DNA of 64,000 bases, taken from an uncultured virus (IMG/VR IMGVR_UViG_3300032073_000002) (lineage: Duplodnaviria; Heunggongvirae; Uroviricota; Caudoviricetes). The notes beneath the pieces were generated by a model. The model made no database searches. It saw only the letters and a list, made by a program, of their open reading frames with translations, and was not told the DNA's origin. The stretch lies in IMG/VR virus record IMGVR_UViG_3300032073_000002. One strand, given 5' to 3'. Below, piece by piece: positions 48,722 through 58,616 of this stretch; the stretch's first letter is position 1, and each line of letters opens with the position of its first letter. Made by a program: the position numbers and the translations under genes.

Positions 48722-49141
48722 TTATCTTGCCCTCGTTACGGTGAATGTTAAATCTTGGTTTTTTACACCGTCGGTTATGTTATAAAAGATGGTTACGTCC
48801 ATCTCGTTTCTCTCAACCTCGCCAAACAATACTACAACATTTTTGACTCTTGGTTCGAAAGTCTCTATTACTTTTTTCATAGTAGACTTCATTCTGTTTA
48901 CCTTTCTATCTGTGTCCAATTCAAACAACATATTTCTAATAGAACCACCAAAGTTTGGCTTGAAAGGTCTTTCATATTTGTTGGTAAGAACTATATTTCT
49001 TACTGCTCTACGAATTGCATCTGTATCTGTTTTGGTTGTAATGTCACCAGTAACAGGATGTGGTTTCATTGTAATATCCATATCGGCATAGATATTTTTT
49101 GTTGCAACTGTTTTTCCGTTATTTATTAGTGTCTTTGCCAT
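48722..49141 (-). CDS. gp25: Baseplate wedge subunit
   Basis: AVRNIVLTNKYERPFKPNFG..FEPRV. Confidence 0.93.
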   Translation of the reverse strand: MAKTLINNGKTVATKNIYADMDITMKPHPVTGDITTKTDTDAIRRAVRNIVLTNKYERPFKPNFGGSIRNMLFELDTDRKVNRMKSTMKKVIETFEPRVKNVVVLFGEVERNEMDVTIFYNITDGVKNQDLTFTVTRAR

Positions 49142-49146
49142 GTATC

Positions 49147-49154
49147 TATTTATA
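49147..49154 (-). promoter_or_regulatory. T4-type late promoter TATAAATA upstream of gp25
   Basis: Exact match. Confidence 0.75.
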
Positions 49155-49169
49155 CTCGCTTACTTATTA

Positions 49170-50468
49170 CTAACTTGGTTTAACGGAACTATATGTTCCC
49201 GAACTAGAACCACCACTCACAGTTGTTTTATGTGTATGAGATGAAAGCTTAGGTTTATTACCTTTCTTAGTTTGTATCTCGCCATCTGCAACTATAGATT
49301 TCTTATTAGTCTGAGCTCCAGTGATATGAACCGTACCGTCAACTGTTAGATTTGTAGTCATTTTTGTAGTTGGTGAAGTGAATGTAGTGTTACCCACTAC
49401 GTCTGCGTTTAGTGTTCCACCAATCTGTGCATCTACGTTACCTTCGGTCACATCTAGATTGACATTACCTTTTGATACTGTTGTAAGAACATTTCCTTCT
49501 GATACTGTTGTGGTCATATCACCCTTCAATATGTTTGTTGTTACATTACCTGTATTGACATTGATAGTTACGTTACCTTTCTCTACGGTTACATCTGCAT
49601 TACCAGCTATGTAAATCTTGTCATCCTTACATACTACTTGATAGTGGTCATTAACTATTCTAGAAACTTCTGAACCATCGGGATGTATCTCATGAAACGT
49701 TCCCGACCTATGATGTAAATTAATTCTTTCTTTAGTTGGAGTGTCATCTAATTCTATTAAATGACCCGACTCTGTTTGAGTAACTTTATTGTATGGATAG
49801 ACTGGTTCCTCTGCACTGTCTAGGAATCCCTCTAGATTGTCTGATAATTTATGGTCATATAAAGTTCCAGTTTTGAGTGTTCCTCTTGCAAAGGTTGACA
49901 AATCGGATTGGTCGGTGTATAATGGATAGAAGGGTAAATCACTTTCAGTAAGTTCTGTCTCTGTAATCTTAGAACCAGTTGCATCATACATGACTGTAAT
50001 TTCTTTTGGTGTTTTTGGTGCAGTATCTAATGCAGTTGTTATTCCGAATCCTCGTCTAACATCTTGTTTTGGATTAGGCCCATCGGGTGTATCATTATAA
50101 TCTGCAACGGTTAATTTTCTTGGGTCATTGAAACCTCTTTCAACTGACCTACTAACCTGTTCATCGGTTACAGTTTCTTTATAACCTTTTTGTGGAATAC
50201 CTGCTGACGTTCCAAGAATGATAGGGTCTTGTTTTAAATCACCATCTCTGTAATATCCAAATACTGTACAACCTTCTATAAGTCCATGTTGAGTTCCTAT
50301 ACCCGAGAGTCCAGCTGCAGTTGTAGGCAGAATTACTTGACACCAAGGTAAGTCGGGTGTTGCAATCCATTGTTTATTATCAGTGTGGATTCCATGTATA
50401 CGTACACGTACTCGACCTATCTTTAAAGGGTCTTGTCTATCTTCAACTATACCATAAAAGTAATCCAT
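49170..50468 (-). CDS. gp5: Baseplate hub/central spike protein without a lysozyme domain
   Basis: OB-fold GIVEDRQDPLKIGRVRVR..DLPW; YPYNKVTQTESGHLIELDDTP..ERI..HRSGTF; beta-helix repeats; terminal HTH. Confidence 0.9.
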   Translation of the reverse strand: MDYFYGIVEDRQDPLKIGRVRVRIHGIHTDNKQWIATPDLPWCQVILPTTAAGLSGIGTQHGLIEGCTVFGYYRDGDLKQDPIILGTSAGIPQKGYKETVTDEQVSRSVERGFNDPRKLTVADYNDTPDGPNPKQDVRRGFGITTALDTAPKTPKEITVMYDATGSKITETELTESDLPFYPLYTDQSDLSTFARGTLKTGTLYDHKLSDNLEGFLDSAEEPVYPYNKVTQTESGHLIELDDTPTKERINLHHRSGTFHEIHPDGSEVSRIVNDHYQVVCKDDKIYIAGNADVTVEKGNVTINVNTGNVTTNILKGDMTTTVSEGNVLTTVSKGNVNLDVTEGNVDAQIGGTLNADVVGNTTFTSPTTKMTTNLTVDGTVHITGAQTNKKSIVADGEIQTKKGNKPKLSSHTHKTTVSGGSSSGTYSSVKPS

Positions 50469-51919
50469 TATATCTCCTTCGGTGATTTATCACTATCTGC
50501 TAAACCTGGCGCATCCACAACCTTCATTGTGTAACTTTCTTTTGCACACTCTAAATGCATTACCCCTGTTGCAGTACCTATGTCTATGTTGCAACTAAGG
50601 TCGGTTATTAGATATCTATCATCATTCAACGTGTCACTAACGTTACCATCTATTGTTTCTGCATTTGGAATGTTTAATTTAATAACTGTCCCTACTGAGA
50701 TATCTGTTCTTAATGGTATCGTTACAATTATTTTATGTTGTTCTAAAATTTCTAGTAAAGCACTTCTTTCTAATCTTGCATTGTCTTTGTTTTTACTTCC
50801 ACTAAAAATTTCATCGGTTGAAATATCATCTGCATTATCAAAGGAGTGGTTTGACGTGTATCCATATTCCACTTTAGTTTCAAATGCTTTGTTCATTGCA
50901 AGGTCTACATCAAGTTCAATTATACTTGGTGCTTCCCTTTCGTCCATCTGATTGTTAGCAGATAACATAACTTCTTCATCATCTGTTATTATCAATGGAA
51001 AGCCTGAGACATGTTTCTGACCTTTAGACATTGATTCTTGATAATCGTAAATAATGTCTTCTTCTAGTTTTCTAACTGGGTCATATATTTTCATAGATGA
51101 ACCATATGCACCACCAATCAATCCAGCAAGTGTATCAAACTCTTGGGGTTTATAGTAATTGAGTATAACACTATTGAGACCGCCTGGAGCATTCAAATCA
51201 GTTTGGTCTGTTTCCAAATTACTCTGAGTCGGTTTAAAGGTAAACTCAATTGGGAATTCTCTTTGCATCATTCCTTCTACTGAACCAAATCTAAATCCAC
51301 CATTAAGAGTCTGATAGAAAAACATTGAGTTTTTCCATCCTTCACTTACTTCTGAGTTTGCAGTGTTGACAACGTAATCCATAAATCTATTCACTGACCA
51401 ATTGGGACAAATGAATTGATGATTTGTTGTTTCAGTACCTTCCCATAAATCAAATTCTTCGGGTTGGAAGTTTGCTTCGTCTAATAATGCATCCTGTAAC
51501 ATTTGACCTTTAGAACCTCTGAAAACTCTACTAAGTCTTTTCTTATTAACATAGAATTGTCTAGGGTCAACAAATTTTACTACATAAGACATGGTAGACT
51601 CTTTGGGTCTTTGAGTGTTTTCTACTTTGTATATTCTGAAAGTCTTATCAATAGTAAACTCTTTTGCAGCTTCTTCATCAAATCCTTCTTTTTGTTTTAC
51701 AGATATACGAATAAACTCTTGTCCAGTAAAACGATAATTTTTAAGTAATCCTACCCCATCGATAAATGATGCTTGGCCCGAACAGAATTTACTGAAGATT
51801 GATTCATATAAAGTTATACCAATACATACAGCATCAACCACGACTGTCTCACCGTGTTGATTTATAATTGTAAGTGCTTCGATGGAAAAACCACCAGCAG
51901 TAAAATTGCCTTGGGCCAT
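50468..51919 (-). CDS. Baseplate hub protein (gp27-like)
   Basis: ITLYESIFSKFCSG, FFYQTLNGGFRF and ISVGTVIKLNIP..RYLITD; lies between gp53 and gp5. Confidence 0.6.
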   Translation of the reverse strand: MAQGNFTAGGFSIEALTIINQHGETVVVDAVCIGITLYESIFSKFCSGQASFIDGVGLLKNYRFTGQEFIRISVKQKEGFDEEAAKEFTIDKTFRIYKVENTQRPKESTMSYVVKFVDPRQFYVNKKRLSRVFRGSKGQMLQDALLDEANFQPEEFDLWEGTETTNHQFICPNWSVNRFMDYVVNTANSEVSEGWKNSMFFYQTLNGGFRFGSVEGMMQREFPIEFTFKPTQSNLETDQTDLNAPGGLNSVILNYYKPQEFDTLAGLIGGAYGSSMKIYDPVRKLEEDIIYDYQESMSKGQKHVSGFPLIITDDEEVMLSANNQMDEREAPSIIELDVDLAMNKAFETKVEYGYTSNHSFDNADDISTDEIFSGSKNKDNARLERSALLEILEQHKIIVTIPLRTDISVGTVIKLNIPNAETIDGNVSDTLNDDRYLITDLSCNIDIGTATGVMHLECAKESYTMKVVDAPGLADSDKSPKEI

Positions 51920-52635
51920 TATGAACTCATTATTCTATCAAACTCTTGCACTACTTTTCTTATGTACGTTGGTCTAATAATTTTTATTAATCTTTTCTTA
52001 TCGTTTATATCAAACTCATCTTGCCATAGTGATACTGAAGTATATCCATTTTCAAAATGATTTTTTCTTAATCCGTTACTATCTTTATAATATGCAATAC
52101 CATCTATTTGATTAACTGCATTTAGAATTGTGGAAGTCTTATTAGAGATATCACCAGTAATAGTATCTCCACCATCAAAACCTAGTTTACCTTCTACTCC
52201 AATTCTATTATATGTAGGTTGCACTTTAATGATGTGTGCTTCGTTACCATCGTTGGCCACAATCTTTTCCCCCAATAGAAACTTTGAAGTTTGGTCTATC
52301 ATATCAGAGGTATTATTGAAAGTCAACCATTGGCCTGGGTATTTTTGTTTCAAATATATTTCAAATGTTTGTGTGTCTTTATGCCAATCATAATATGATT
52401 GCATTTGGTTAACTAATAACAGAGTCCAATGCAAGTCACCATTACCATAAAGCTTTGTTGCAACGACATCGGGTCTTTCACCATCTTCTAATTCGTAGTA
52501 CTCATAATCAACAATACTGTTAACTGCATTTTGTTCTATTGTAGACTTTCTAAAGAAGTCTTTAATTGTAATCCATTTACCATTTGATAATTTATAATTG
52601 GTTGTAGGAAAGTTCTTGAAAAATTCATTTGCCAT
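51919..52635 (-). CDS. gp53: Baseplate wedge component (LysM-like)
   Basis: FFKNFP, DGERPDVVATKLYG..LHWTLLLVN and NDKKRLIKIIRP. Confidence 0.9.
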   Translation of the reverse strand: MANEFFKNFPTTNYKLSNGKWITIKDFFRKSTIEQNAVNSIVDYEYYELEDGERPDVVATKLYGNGDLHWTLLLVNQMQSYYDWHKDTQTFEIYLKQKYPGQWLTFNNTSDMIDQTSKFLLGEKIVANDGNEAHIIKVQPTYNRIGVEGKLGFDGGDTITGDISNKTSTILNAVNQIDGIAYYKDSNGLRKNHFENGYTSVSLWQDEFDINDKKRLIKIIRPTYIRKVVQEFDRIMSS

Positions 52636-52637
52636 TA

Positions 52638-53777
52638 TTAACCACCATCTCCACTAGACGCTGCATTCGTAGCTGCAACTGTTTCTGACCTTCTCATTGC
52701 AAGGGATTTATTACCACTACCGATAGTCTTATCTGCTTTAGAAGATTTAGATATCTGTTGATAATTTTCTTGAGTGAGTATTTTAATTTCTGTAAATGAT
52801 AAGGACATTGTTGAAGACACAGGGTATCCATCTTCAAATAATTTAGTTGAATGTTTAGCAGATACACTTGTACAAACCATAGGTAAGAAGTCATCAAACT
52901 GTTCTGCGATTGGGCCTTCCCAATATGCCTTAAAAATATTTGGATAGTTGAAGTAGTTCTCTACTGCAGTGTCCCCTTCTGCATTACTATATGTATCGGG
53001 TAACATTGCTGTTTTAAAAGCCCATATGATATCTTGAACTTCTTGTGATTCATATTTATTTCTAGGATAAAACTCGTAATCAAAACTAAAGTCTCTGAAT
53101 CCTACTCCTTGAAACATTTGTTCTTCCATAGGATTCACTGCTCTTCCAGCAAGGAAATTACTTGAATCACCAACTATCATTGTTGCAAGAGAATCTAAAC
53201 CTGTTTGTATTGCATTTTCTAATGCAGTTCCAACAGCCTGTAATGTTGACCCATCCATCTTACCATTGAAAGAATCTTTTATTTCTAATGCACTTCTAAT
53301 ACCTTTACCAACTCCAGTTGCTGAGTATTCTGCTTTAACATCATCTCCAACTTCACTTGGAACATATAATGCTATCTCTATGGTTTCAGATGATAGTAAG
53401 TTTTTATTGTTTTCTCCTTCTCTTGCAACCCTTGGTAATGTTTCAAAAATAATAAAATTTTCTACCCCATCCCCAATTGGATATTGTAACTCTCTCACCT
53501 TTGTTTCGGGGGAGGCCTTTGCATATTTTTTTGATTTCACTGATTGACGAGACTTTTCTAGACTTGCACGTCTATTGTTTAGTGTATTTTCAGCTTCTAA
53601 TTTTTGTTGTGCTAATTTATCTGCAACACCACCAAGAGCAGACCCTTCAATGCCTTGGGTCACCATGTCTTTTAGGTCATAACCTGTTCCACTGATTTTT
53701 GCTTGTATTCCTTTAAGAGATTTAACTGCTTGTTTCCCTTGGTTTACTTTGTTTAGTATTTTGTTGATATTCGGCAT
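52638..53777 (-). CDS. gp48: Baseplate tail-tube cap
   Basis: IALYVP, AVNPMEEQMFQGVGFRDFSFDYEFYPRN and LSFTEIKILT. Confidence 0.85.
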   Translation of the reverse strand: MPNINKILNKVNQGKQAVKSLKGIQAKISGTGYDLKDMVTQGIEGSALGGVADKLAQQKLEAENTLNNRRASLEKSRQSVKSKKYAKASPETKVRELQYPIGDGVENFIIFETLPRVAREGENNKNLLSSETIEIALYVPSEVGDDVKAEYSATGVGKGIRSALEIKDSFNGKMDGSTLQAVGTALENAIQTGLDSLATMIVGDSSNFLAGRAVNPMEEQMFQGVGFRDFSFDYEFYPRNKYESQEVQDIIWAFKTAMLPDTYSNAEGDTAVENYFNYPNIFKAYWEGPIAEQFDDFLPMVCTSVSAKHSTKLFEDGYPVSSTMSLSFTEIKILTQENYQQISKSSKADKTIGSGNKSLAMRRSETVAATNAASSGDGG

Positions 53778-53787
53778 TCAGAATCCC

Positions 53788-53827
53788 TATAAATAGTTCT
53801 TGTTAATTATGGTTACTGTTATTTATG
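53788..53827. promoter_or_regulatory. Crossed late promoters at the strand switch: TATAAATA (+, 53788-53795) and CATAAATA (-, 53820-53827)
   Basis: Both motifs lie in or at the edge of the 47-bp gap between divergent gp48 and gp4. Confidence 0.7.
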
Positions 53828-54274
53828 GCATATTCGGGTAAGTTCAAACCAAAGAACTACAAAAAATACAAAGGAGACCCCACTAAAATCTATTATAGGT
53901 CTTTATGGGAGCGTAGATTTATGGTTTACTGTGATGAAAACACCAATATCTTAGAATGGGGTAGTGAAGAAATCATTATACCCTACATTTCACCCCTAGA
54001 CAAGAGACCACATAGATACTTTCCCGACTTTTACATAAAATATAAGAATGCATCGGGTCAAATACTCCGTGAAATCATTGAAGTCAAGCCTAAGAAACAA
54101 ACTAAACCCCCAAAACAACCAAAACGTAAGACACAACGTTACTACAAAGAGGTTGCAACCTATGTTATCAACGAAGCAAAGTTTAAAGCTGCAGAAAGTT
54201 TCTGCAAAGATAGAAAATTGGGATTCCGTATACTAACTGAAGACCATTTACTCCCAAAAAAGGTAAAGAAATGA
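53825..54274 (+). CDS. gp4: Head completion nuclease
   Basis: MAYSGKFKPKNYKKYKGDP..YRSLWER..WGSEE..HRYFPDF..IEVKP. Confidence 0.93.
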   Translation: MAYSGKFKPKNYKKYKGDPTKIYYRSLWERRFMVYCDENTNILEWGSEEIIIPYISPLDKRPHRYFPDFYIKYKNASGQILREIIEVKPKKQTKPPKQPKRKTQRYYKEVATYVINEAKFKAAESFCKDRKLGFRILTEDHLLPKKVKK

Positions 54275-54852
54275 AAAAATTATATGTGTTTGATTTAGAT
54301 GGAGTCTTAATTGATTCCAAAAAGAACATGGAAACAGCATTCAACTCCTTAGAGACTGGTATGCCATTTGAAGATTACTTCAAACATATTGGTAAACCAT
54401 TCAAAGACATCTTAACTGAGATGGGTATACTTACTGACCAAGATGAGTTGATGAAAATGTACAACAAAGCATCTGAAGAAAATGGAGACATGATAAAATT
54501 CTACAAGGGTGTAGAAAAACACCTTCAACATTTACAAGCTGAAGGTAAAAAATTAGCCGTGGTAACTTCGAAGTCACATCACCGAGCTCATGCTATTCTG
54601 CTTGAACTTGATGTTGAATTTGAAATTATATGCTGTCCGAATGAACGGTTTAGAGGGAAACCATCTCCCGACCAATTACTATATACACTTGCAGAATGTA
54701 ATGTAGACCCAAAAGATGCAGTCTATGTGGGTGACATGCAAGTAGATATGGATTGTGCAGACAGAGCTGGTGTTGATTTTATTTACGCAGAATATGGATA
54801 TGGAGATATAGAATGTTGTTGGAACAGAGCAAGTTCAATCGAGTCGGTTTAA
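54271..54852 (+). CDS. HAD-family phosphatase (phosphoglycolate-phosphatase-like)
   Basis: Motif I FDLDGVLIDS, motif II VVTSK, KPSP and YVGDMQVD. Confidence 0.88.
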   Translation: MKKLYVFDLDGVLIDSKKNMETAFNSLETGMPFEDYFKHIGKPFKDILTEMGILTDQDELMKMYNKASEENGDMIKFYKGVEKHLQHLQAEGKKLAVVTSKSHHRAHAILLELDVEFEIICCPNERFRGKPSPDQLLYTLAECNVDPKDAVYVGDMQVDMDCADRAGVDFIYAEYGYGDIECCWNRASSIESV

Positions 54853-55553
54853 TACCTGCCCGATATGGTTCATCTAGATTTGAGGGTAAACCCCTTGCAT
54901 TAATCTGTGGTGAATCTATGATTAAGAGAACCTATGACCGTGCATCGGCTTCGAAGAAACTAGACAAGGTCTACGTGGTTACGGATGATAATAGAATTGA
55001 ATACCATTGTGAGATATTCAACATACCTGTAATAAGAGTTGACGATGATTGTGAGACTGGAACAGATAGGTGTGCAATTGCATCCGAACAAATAGATGCA
55101 GATATCTATGTTAACATCCAAGGTGACGAACCTTTGATTGACCCCGAAGCAATTGATAGACTATGTGATTATTTTAATCCTAATCTTGGTGTTGCAAATG
55201 CATACGTTACAGTCGAAGAACCTTACAAGGTCATGGACAACGATGTAGTAAAGGTTGTGTTTGATTCACATCATTGTGCAATGTATTACTCACGTCTTGG
55301 TATACCTTTCCCACGAGGTGAGGATGCAAGGGTACATCAACAACTTGGTTTATATGCATTCACTAAAGAACGTCTACAAGAGTTCTCTAAGTTGCCTATG
55401 CAAACTTTAGAGTTTGCAGAACGAATAGAAATGTTGAGATTCTTAGAACATGGATATAAAGTTCTAATGGTTCATGTAGAAGATGATGGTCTATCAGTAG
55501 ACACACCTAAAGATATCAAACTAGTAGAGGATAGAATAAATGCATATAACTGA
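54813..55553 (+). CDS. kdsB: 3-deoxy-manno-octulosonate cytidylyltransferase (CMP-Kdo synthetase)-like
   Basis: IPARYGSSRFEGKPL, GTDR, VNIQGDEPLI, VKVV, YYSR, LE..ERIEMLRFLEHG and SVDTPKD. Confidence 0.9.
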   Translation: MLLEQSKFNRVGLIPARYGSSRFEGKPLALICGESMIKRTYDRASASKKLDKVYVVTDDNRIEYHCEIFNIPVIRVDDDCETGTDRCAIASEQIDADIYVNIQGDEPLIDPEAIDRLCDYFNPNLGVANAYVTVEEPYKVMDNDVVKVVFDSHHCAMYYSRLGIPFPRGEDARVHQQLGLYAFTKERLQEFSKLPMQTLEFAERIEMLRFLEHGYKVLMVHVEDDGLSVDTPKDIKLVEDRINAYN

Positions 55554-56256
55554 AGACCGCCTACGAGAAGCCTTTGAAAATAAATCTAAGGTATCAATAC
55601 CAAAGATAGCGACTCTAGCCGAATGTAAACATTGGCATCCATATCACCCTAAGACATATGGAAAGAACTTATTAAAGTATATTCATCACATCAATGTTGC
55701 AGAGAATAAGACCGACGATGATTCACTGAGAAACGAAGCACAGAAACTAGTTTGGTTAATAGACCAATACAAAACAGTAGGGTTTTATTCTACACCACAA
55801 GCATGGATTAAACCAAACGATAGATGGAGAGTTCACCCAGGCTCTGTTCGTGTAAATGCTCTGATACAATGTAAAGCTTATGAAACAAAATTTGTTGTTT
55901 GGGATGACTCTAATTACTTACCTAACAATAAACAAATCACTTACGATGATTGGATAAATGAATTTCCAATCCCCGAAGGTAGAAATGCAGTGTTCTTTGA
56001 TGTTGAAGGTATGATTGAGTTTCATATATCTGAAGACCGTCCCGAAATGTATGAGTACTACTATAGACTTAGAGAATTATATGAGGGTAAGAAACCTAGA
56101 CTCATAGGAACCTGTGATGAAAGTATAAAACATCTATTCGGAAATGGTAGAGTTACCGTTACTGGTCATATCACTGAAGAAGACCTCGGGTCATTCCTAG
56201 AAATAAATCCATCTAATCGAGAAGTTATAGAAACTAATTTTAGTATTGTAGCCTAA
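55540..56256 (+). CDS. Hypothetical protein with ParB/Srx-like motif, paralogous to the N-terminus of the 16038-17615 glycosyltransferase
   Basis: KLVWLIDQYKTVGFYSTPQ..WRVHPGSVR..EGMIEF. Confidence 0.55.
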   Translation: MHITEDRLREAFENKSKVSIPKIATLAECKHWHPYHPKTYGKNLLKYIHHINVAENKTDDDSLRNEAQKLVWLIDQYKTVGFYSTPQAWIKPNDRWRVHPGSVRVNALIQCKAYETKFVVWDDSNYLPNNKQITYDDWINEFPIPEGRNAVFFDVEGMIEFHISEDRPEMYEYYYRLRELYEGKKPRLIGTCDESIKHLFGNGRVTVTGHITEEDLGSFLEINPSNREVIETNFSIVA

Positions 56257-56273
56257 AATACATAAATAGTTCT

Positions 56274-56861
56274 ATGGTATCAAGAGTCTTATTGTCAGCA
56301 GTAGCAAAAATGTTACCCGAAGATGTAGAGTCGGGAACTGAAGATAGTCTTGAATGGTTTAGAAATAACGTAAGAGATATTAAACTAAGACCCGATAGAG
56401 TAATGGGTGGACTGAGTTCGGTTACATCTAGTGGTTTGAAACAAGGTAAAGTATACATGTTTCACTACGATGCTAAATGGCAAGATGAATTACCTTACTG
56501 GGATAAGTACCCAATAGTGATACCAATAGAACAATATAAAGATGGGTTCTTAGGTATTAATACACATTACATTGCACCTAGACATAGAACTGCATTACTC
56601 AGACCCTTATTAGAAGAGCTAAGAGGCAATACAATAGAGGGTGATGGAGATACTAGAATGGAAGTTGATTACAACATCATTCAGTACAATAATGATTTAA
56701 GGTTTGCAAAACCTTGTATCAAAAGATATTTAACAACACACATAGGTGCAAGAATAGTGGAAGTACCTTATCAACAATGGGAAGCAATATTGATGTTACC
56801 ACTTGCAAAATTTAACGTCAACGCAAATACTGTGTATGCAGAGAGTCAAAGGAAATTCTAA
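56274..56861 (+). CDS. gp2: DNA end protector protein
   Basis: GKVYMFHYDAK..LPYWDKYP..GFLGINTHY..KPCIKRYL; CATAAATA at 56261-56268. Confidence 0.9.
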   Translation: MVSRVLLSAVAKMLPEDVESGTEDSLEWFRNNVRDIKLRPDRVMGGLSSVTSSGLKQGKVYMFHYDAKWQDELPYWDKYPIVIPIEQYKDGFLGINTHYIAPRHRTALLRPLLEELRGNTIEGDGDTRMEVDYNIIQYNNDLRFAKPCIKRYLTTHIGARIVEVPYQQWEAILMLPLAKFNVNANTVYAESQRKF

Positions 56862-57670
56862 TGAGTATAACAATAGATACGTTTAAAGCAAATTTTGATG
56901 TAGGTGCAAGAGGAGACCTTTATGATGTTGCTATTCTAGCTCCTGCTGGATTAGGATTTCAGTTTTCTGCAGAAGACATGCTTAGATGTAGAAGTGTAGA
57001 TATGGAAGGTTCATCTTTAGGAACTAATACAAGAGACCAATACAATTCGGGATATGAAATCCCCGACGGAACTGTAGACCAAGGTGGGTTTGTTGACTTA
57101 ACCTTTATATGTGACCAATCATTTCATGACCGTGCATTAATTGAAGCATGGCATCGATGGATTTACGAAGCATCATACACAGGTGGTGCTGGTGGAACTC
57201 AAGGTTCTGCACAAATACCAGTCATGAAATATCTTGATGATTACATCGGACAACTTGAAGTGTATGCACTGAGAAAGGACGAAACTAAGTCTTTAAAATA
57301 TACTTACCATGATGTATATCCATCATCATTCGATACTCAAAGTTTTGGTGCAGACTCAAGTGGTATACTAGAAATTAGTATGTCATTCCAATACAGACAT
57401 TACGATACAGAATACATGGTAGAAGATAGGAAGCCAAATAGAAATTACACTGAGATATATGATGATATGGTATCAAGACAACCAAAACTTCCCGAAGCTT
57501 CTGCACTAAATACTGGAAGAAAGATTTTAGATTCTACTTTAGACGTATTAAAAGTCGGAAGTAGATTTAACGATAAAGTTGGTGGTTACCTTAATAAGTT
57601 ATCATCACTTGACACCGCTGCCACTAAGTACAAAAACCTAGGAATAGGAAAGTTACTAGGTGGTGGTTAA
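56861..57670 (+). CDS. gp54: Baseplate tail-tube initiator (tube-protein paralogue)
   Basis: GARGDLYDV, LTFICD..IEAWHRWI, YLDDYIGQ, DVYPSS and SFQYRHY; synteny. Confidence 0.7.
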   Translation: MSITIDTFKANFDVGARGDLYDVAILAPAGLGFQFSAEDMLRCRSVDMEGSSLGTNTRDQYNSGYEIPDGTVDQGGFVDLTFICDQSFHDRALIEAWHRWIYEASYTGGAGGTQGSAQIPVMKYLDDYIGQLEVYALRKDETKSLKYTYHDVYPSSFDTQSFGADSSGILEISMSFQYRHYDTEYMVEDRKPNRNYTEIYDDMVSRQPKLPEASALNTGRKILDSTLDVLKVGSRFNDKVGGYLNKLSSLDTAATKYKNLGIGKLLGGG

Positions 57671-57689
57671 TTAATTATGGAGTATAATT

Positions 57690-58394
57690 ATGGCCTTACC
57701 AATTCAGGCAACCCCCACATACACATGTGAACTGCCCTCAACTGGTACTGAAGTAAAATTCAGACCGTTCCTAGTAAAGGAACAAAAGATTCTTGTCATT
57801 GCACAAGAAAGTGAAGACCCGAAAACTACACTTAGTGCAGTTAAGGATTTGATTAATAATGTGACGTTTGAGAAAGTCAATGCAAATGAATTGACTATGT
57901 TTGACCTAGAGTACTTGTTCTGTAAAATCAGAGCAGTATCAGTAGGTGAAACAATTCCATTAAAGTTGGCTTGCATGGCAACTGACTGTAATGGAACTGG
58001 TGAAACAGTAGTTAACTTAGATGACCTAACAGTAACAGAAGATACTGGTGGTGACCCTAAGATAATGATATCAGATGACGTTGGTATTATATTAAGATAT
58101 CCAAAGGTTAAAGATATGGAACAAATTACTACTGCTTCTGAAGACCAACAATCGATAGAAGTTCTTAAGGCATCAATCACACAAATTTTTGATGCAGAGA
58201 ATGTCTACGATGAGGCTGATATGTCAGCTGACGATAAATCAGAGTTTGTAGAAAGTTTAACCTTTCCACAGATTGAGAAGTTGAGTGCATTCTTTAACGG
58301 TATGCCCAAACTTCAAGGTAAGATTGAATACAAGTGTAACACTTGTGGTAAGTTGAATGAGAGATTATTGGAAGGACTACAAAGTTTTTTTTAA
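57690..58394 (+). CDS. gp26: Baseplate hub assembly protein
   Basis: MALP..PTY.CELPSTG..KFRPFLVKEQKIL, FDLEYLFCKIRAVSVGE, Cys pairs and LEGLQSFF end. Confidence 0.92.
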   Translation: MALPIQATPTYTCELPSTGTEVKFRPFLVKEQKILVIAQESEDPKTTLSAVKDLINNVTFEKVNANELTMFDLEYLFCKIRAVSVGETIPLKLACMATDCNGTGETVVNLDDLTVTEDTGGDPKIMISDDVGIILRYPKVKDMEQITTASEDQQSIEVLKASITQIFDAENVYDEADMSADDKSEFVESLTFPQIEKLSAFFNGMPKLQGKIEYKCNTCGKLNERLLEGLQSFF

Positions 58395-58588
58395 TAACCC
58401 TTTCTCATGAGTCGGTGTTTAATTTTTATAGCACCAACTTTCAACTAATGCAACACCACAAATACTCGTTAGACGAATTAGATTCAATGATACCTTGGGA
58501 AAGGGAAATCTATATTAAATTGCTCATGCAACATCTAGAAGAAGAAAAAGAACGTCAGAAGGCAGAACAAGCCAAAATGAGAAGATAA
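58391..58588 (+). CDS. gp51: Baseplate hub assembly catalyst (gp51-like); first ATG at 58448, probably also expressed by -1 frameshift from gp26
   Basis: Read manually: LITLSHESVFNFYSTNFQLMQHHKYSLDELDSMIPWEREIYIKLLMQHLEEEKERQ... Confidence 0.85.
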   Translation, partial: LITLSHESVFNFYSTNFQLMQHHKYSLDELDSMIPWEREIYIKLLMQHLEEEKERQKAEQAKMRR

Positions 58589-58616
58589 CGTTTAATTAAA
58601 ACTAGAGGATACAACA

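Noticed and set aside
53825..54274. TnsA-like endonuclease suggesting a transposon
   Set aside because: Sequence and position match T4 gp4 head completion nuclease; there are no other transposition genes or terminal repeats.
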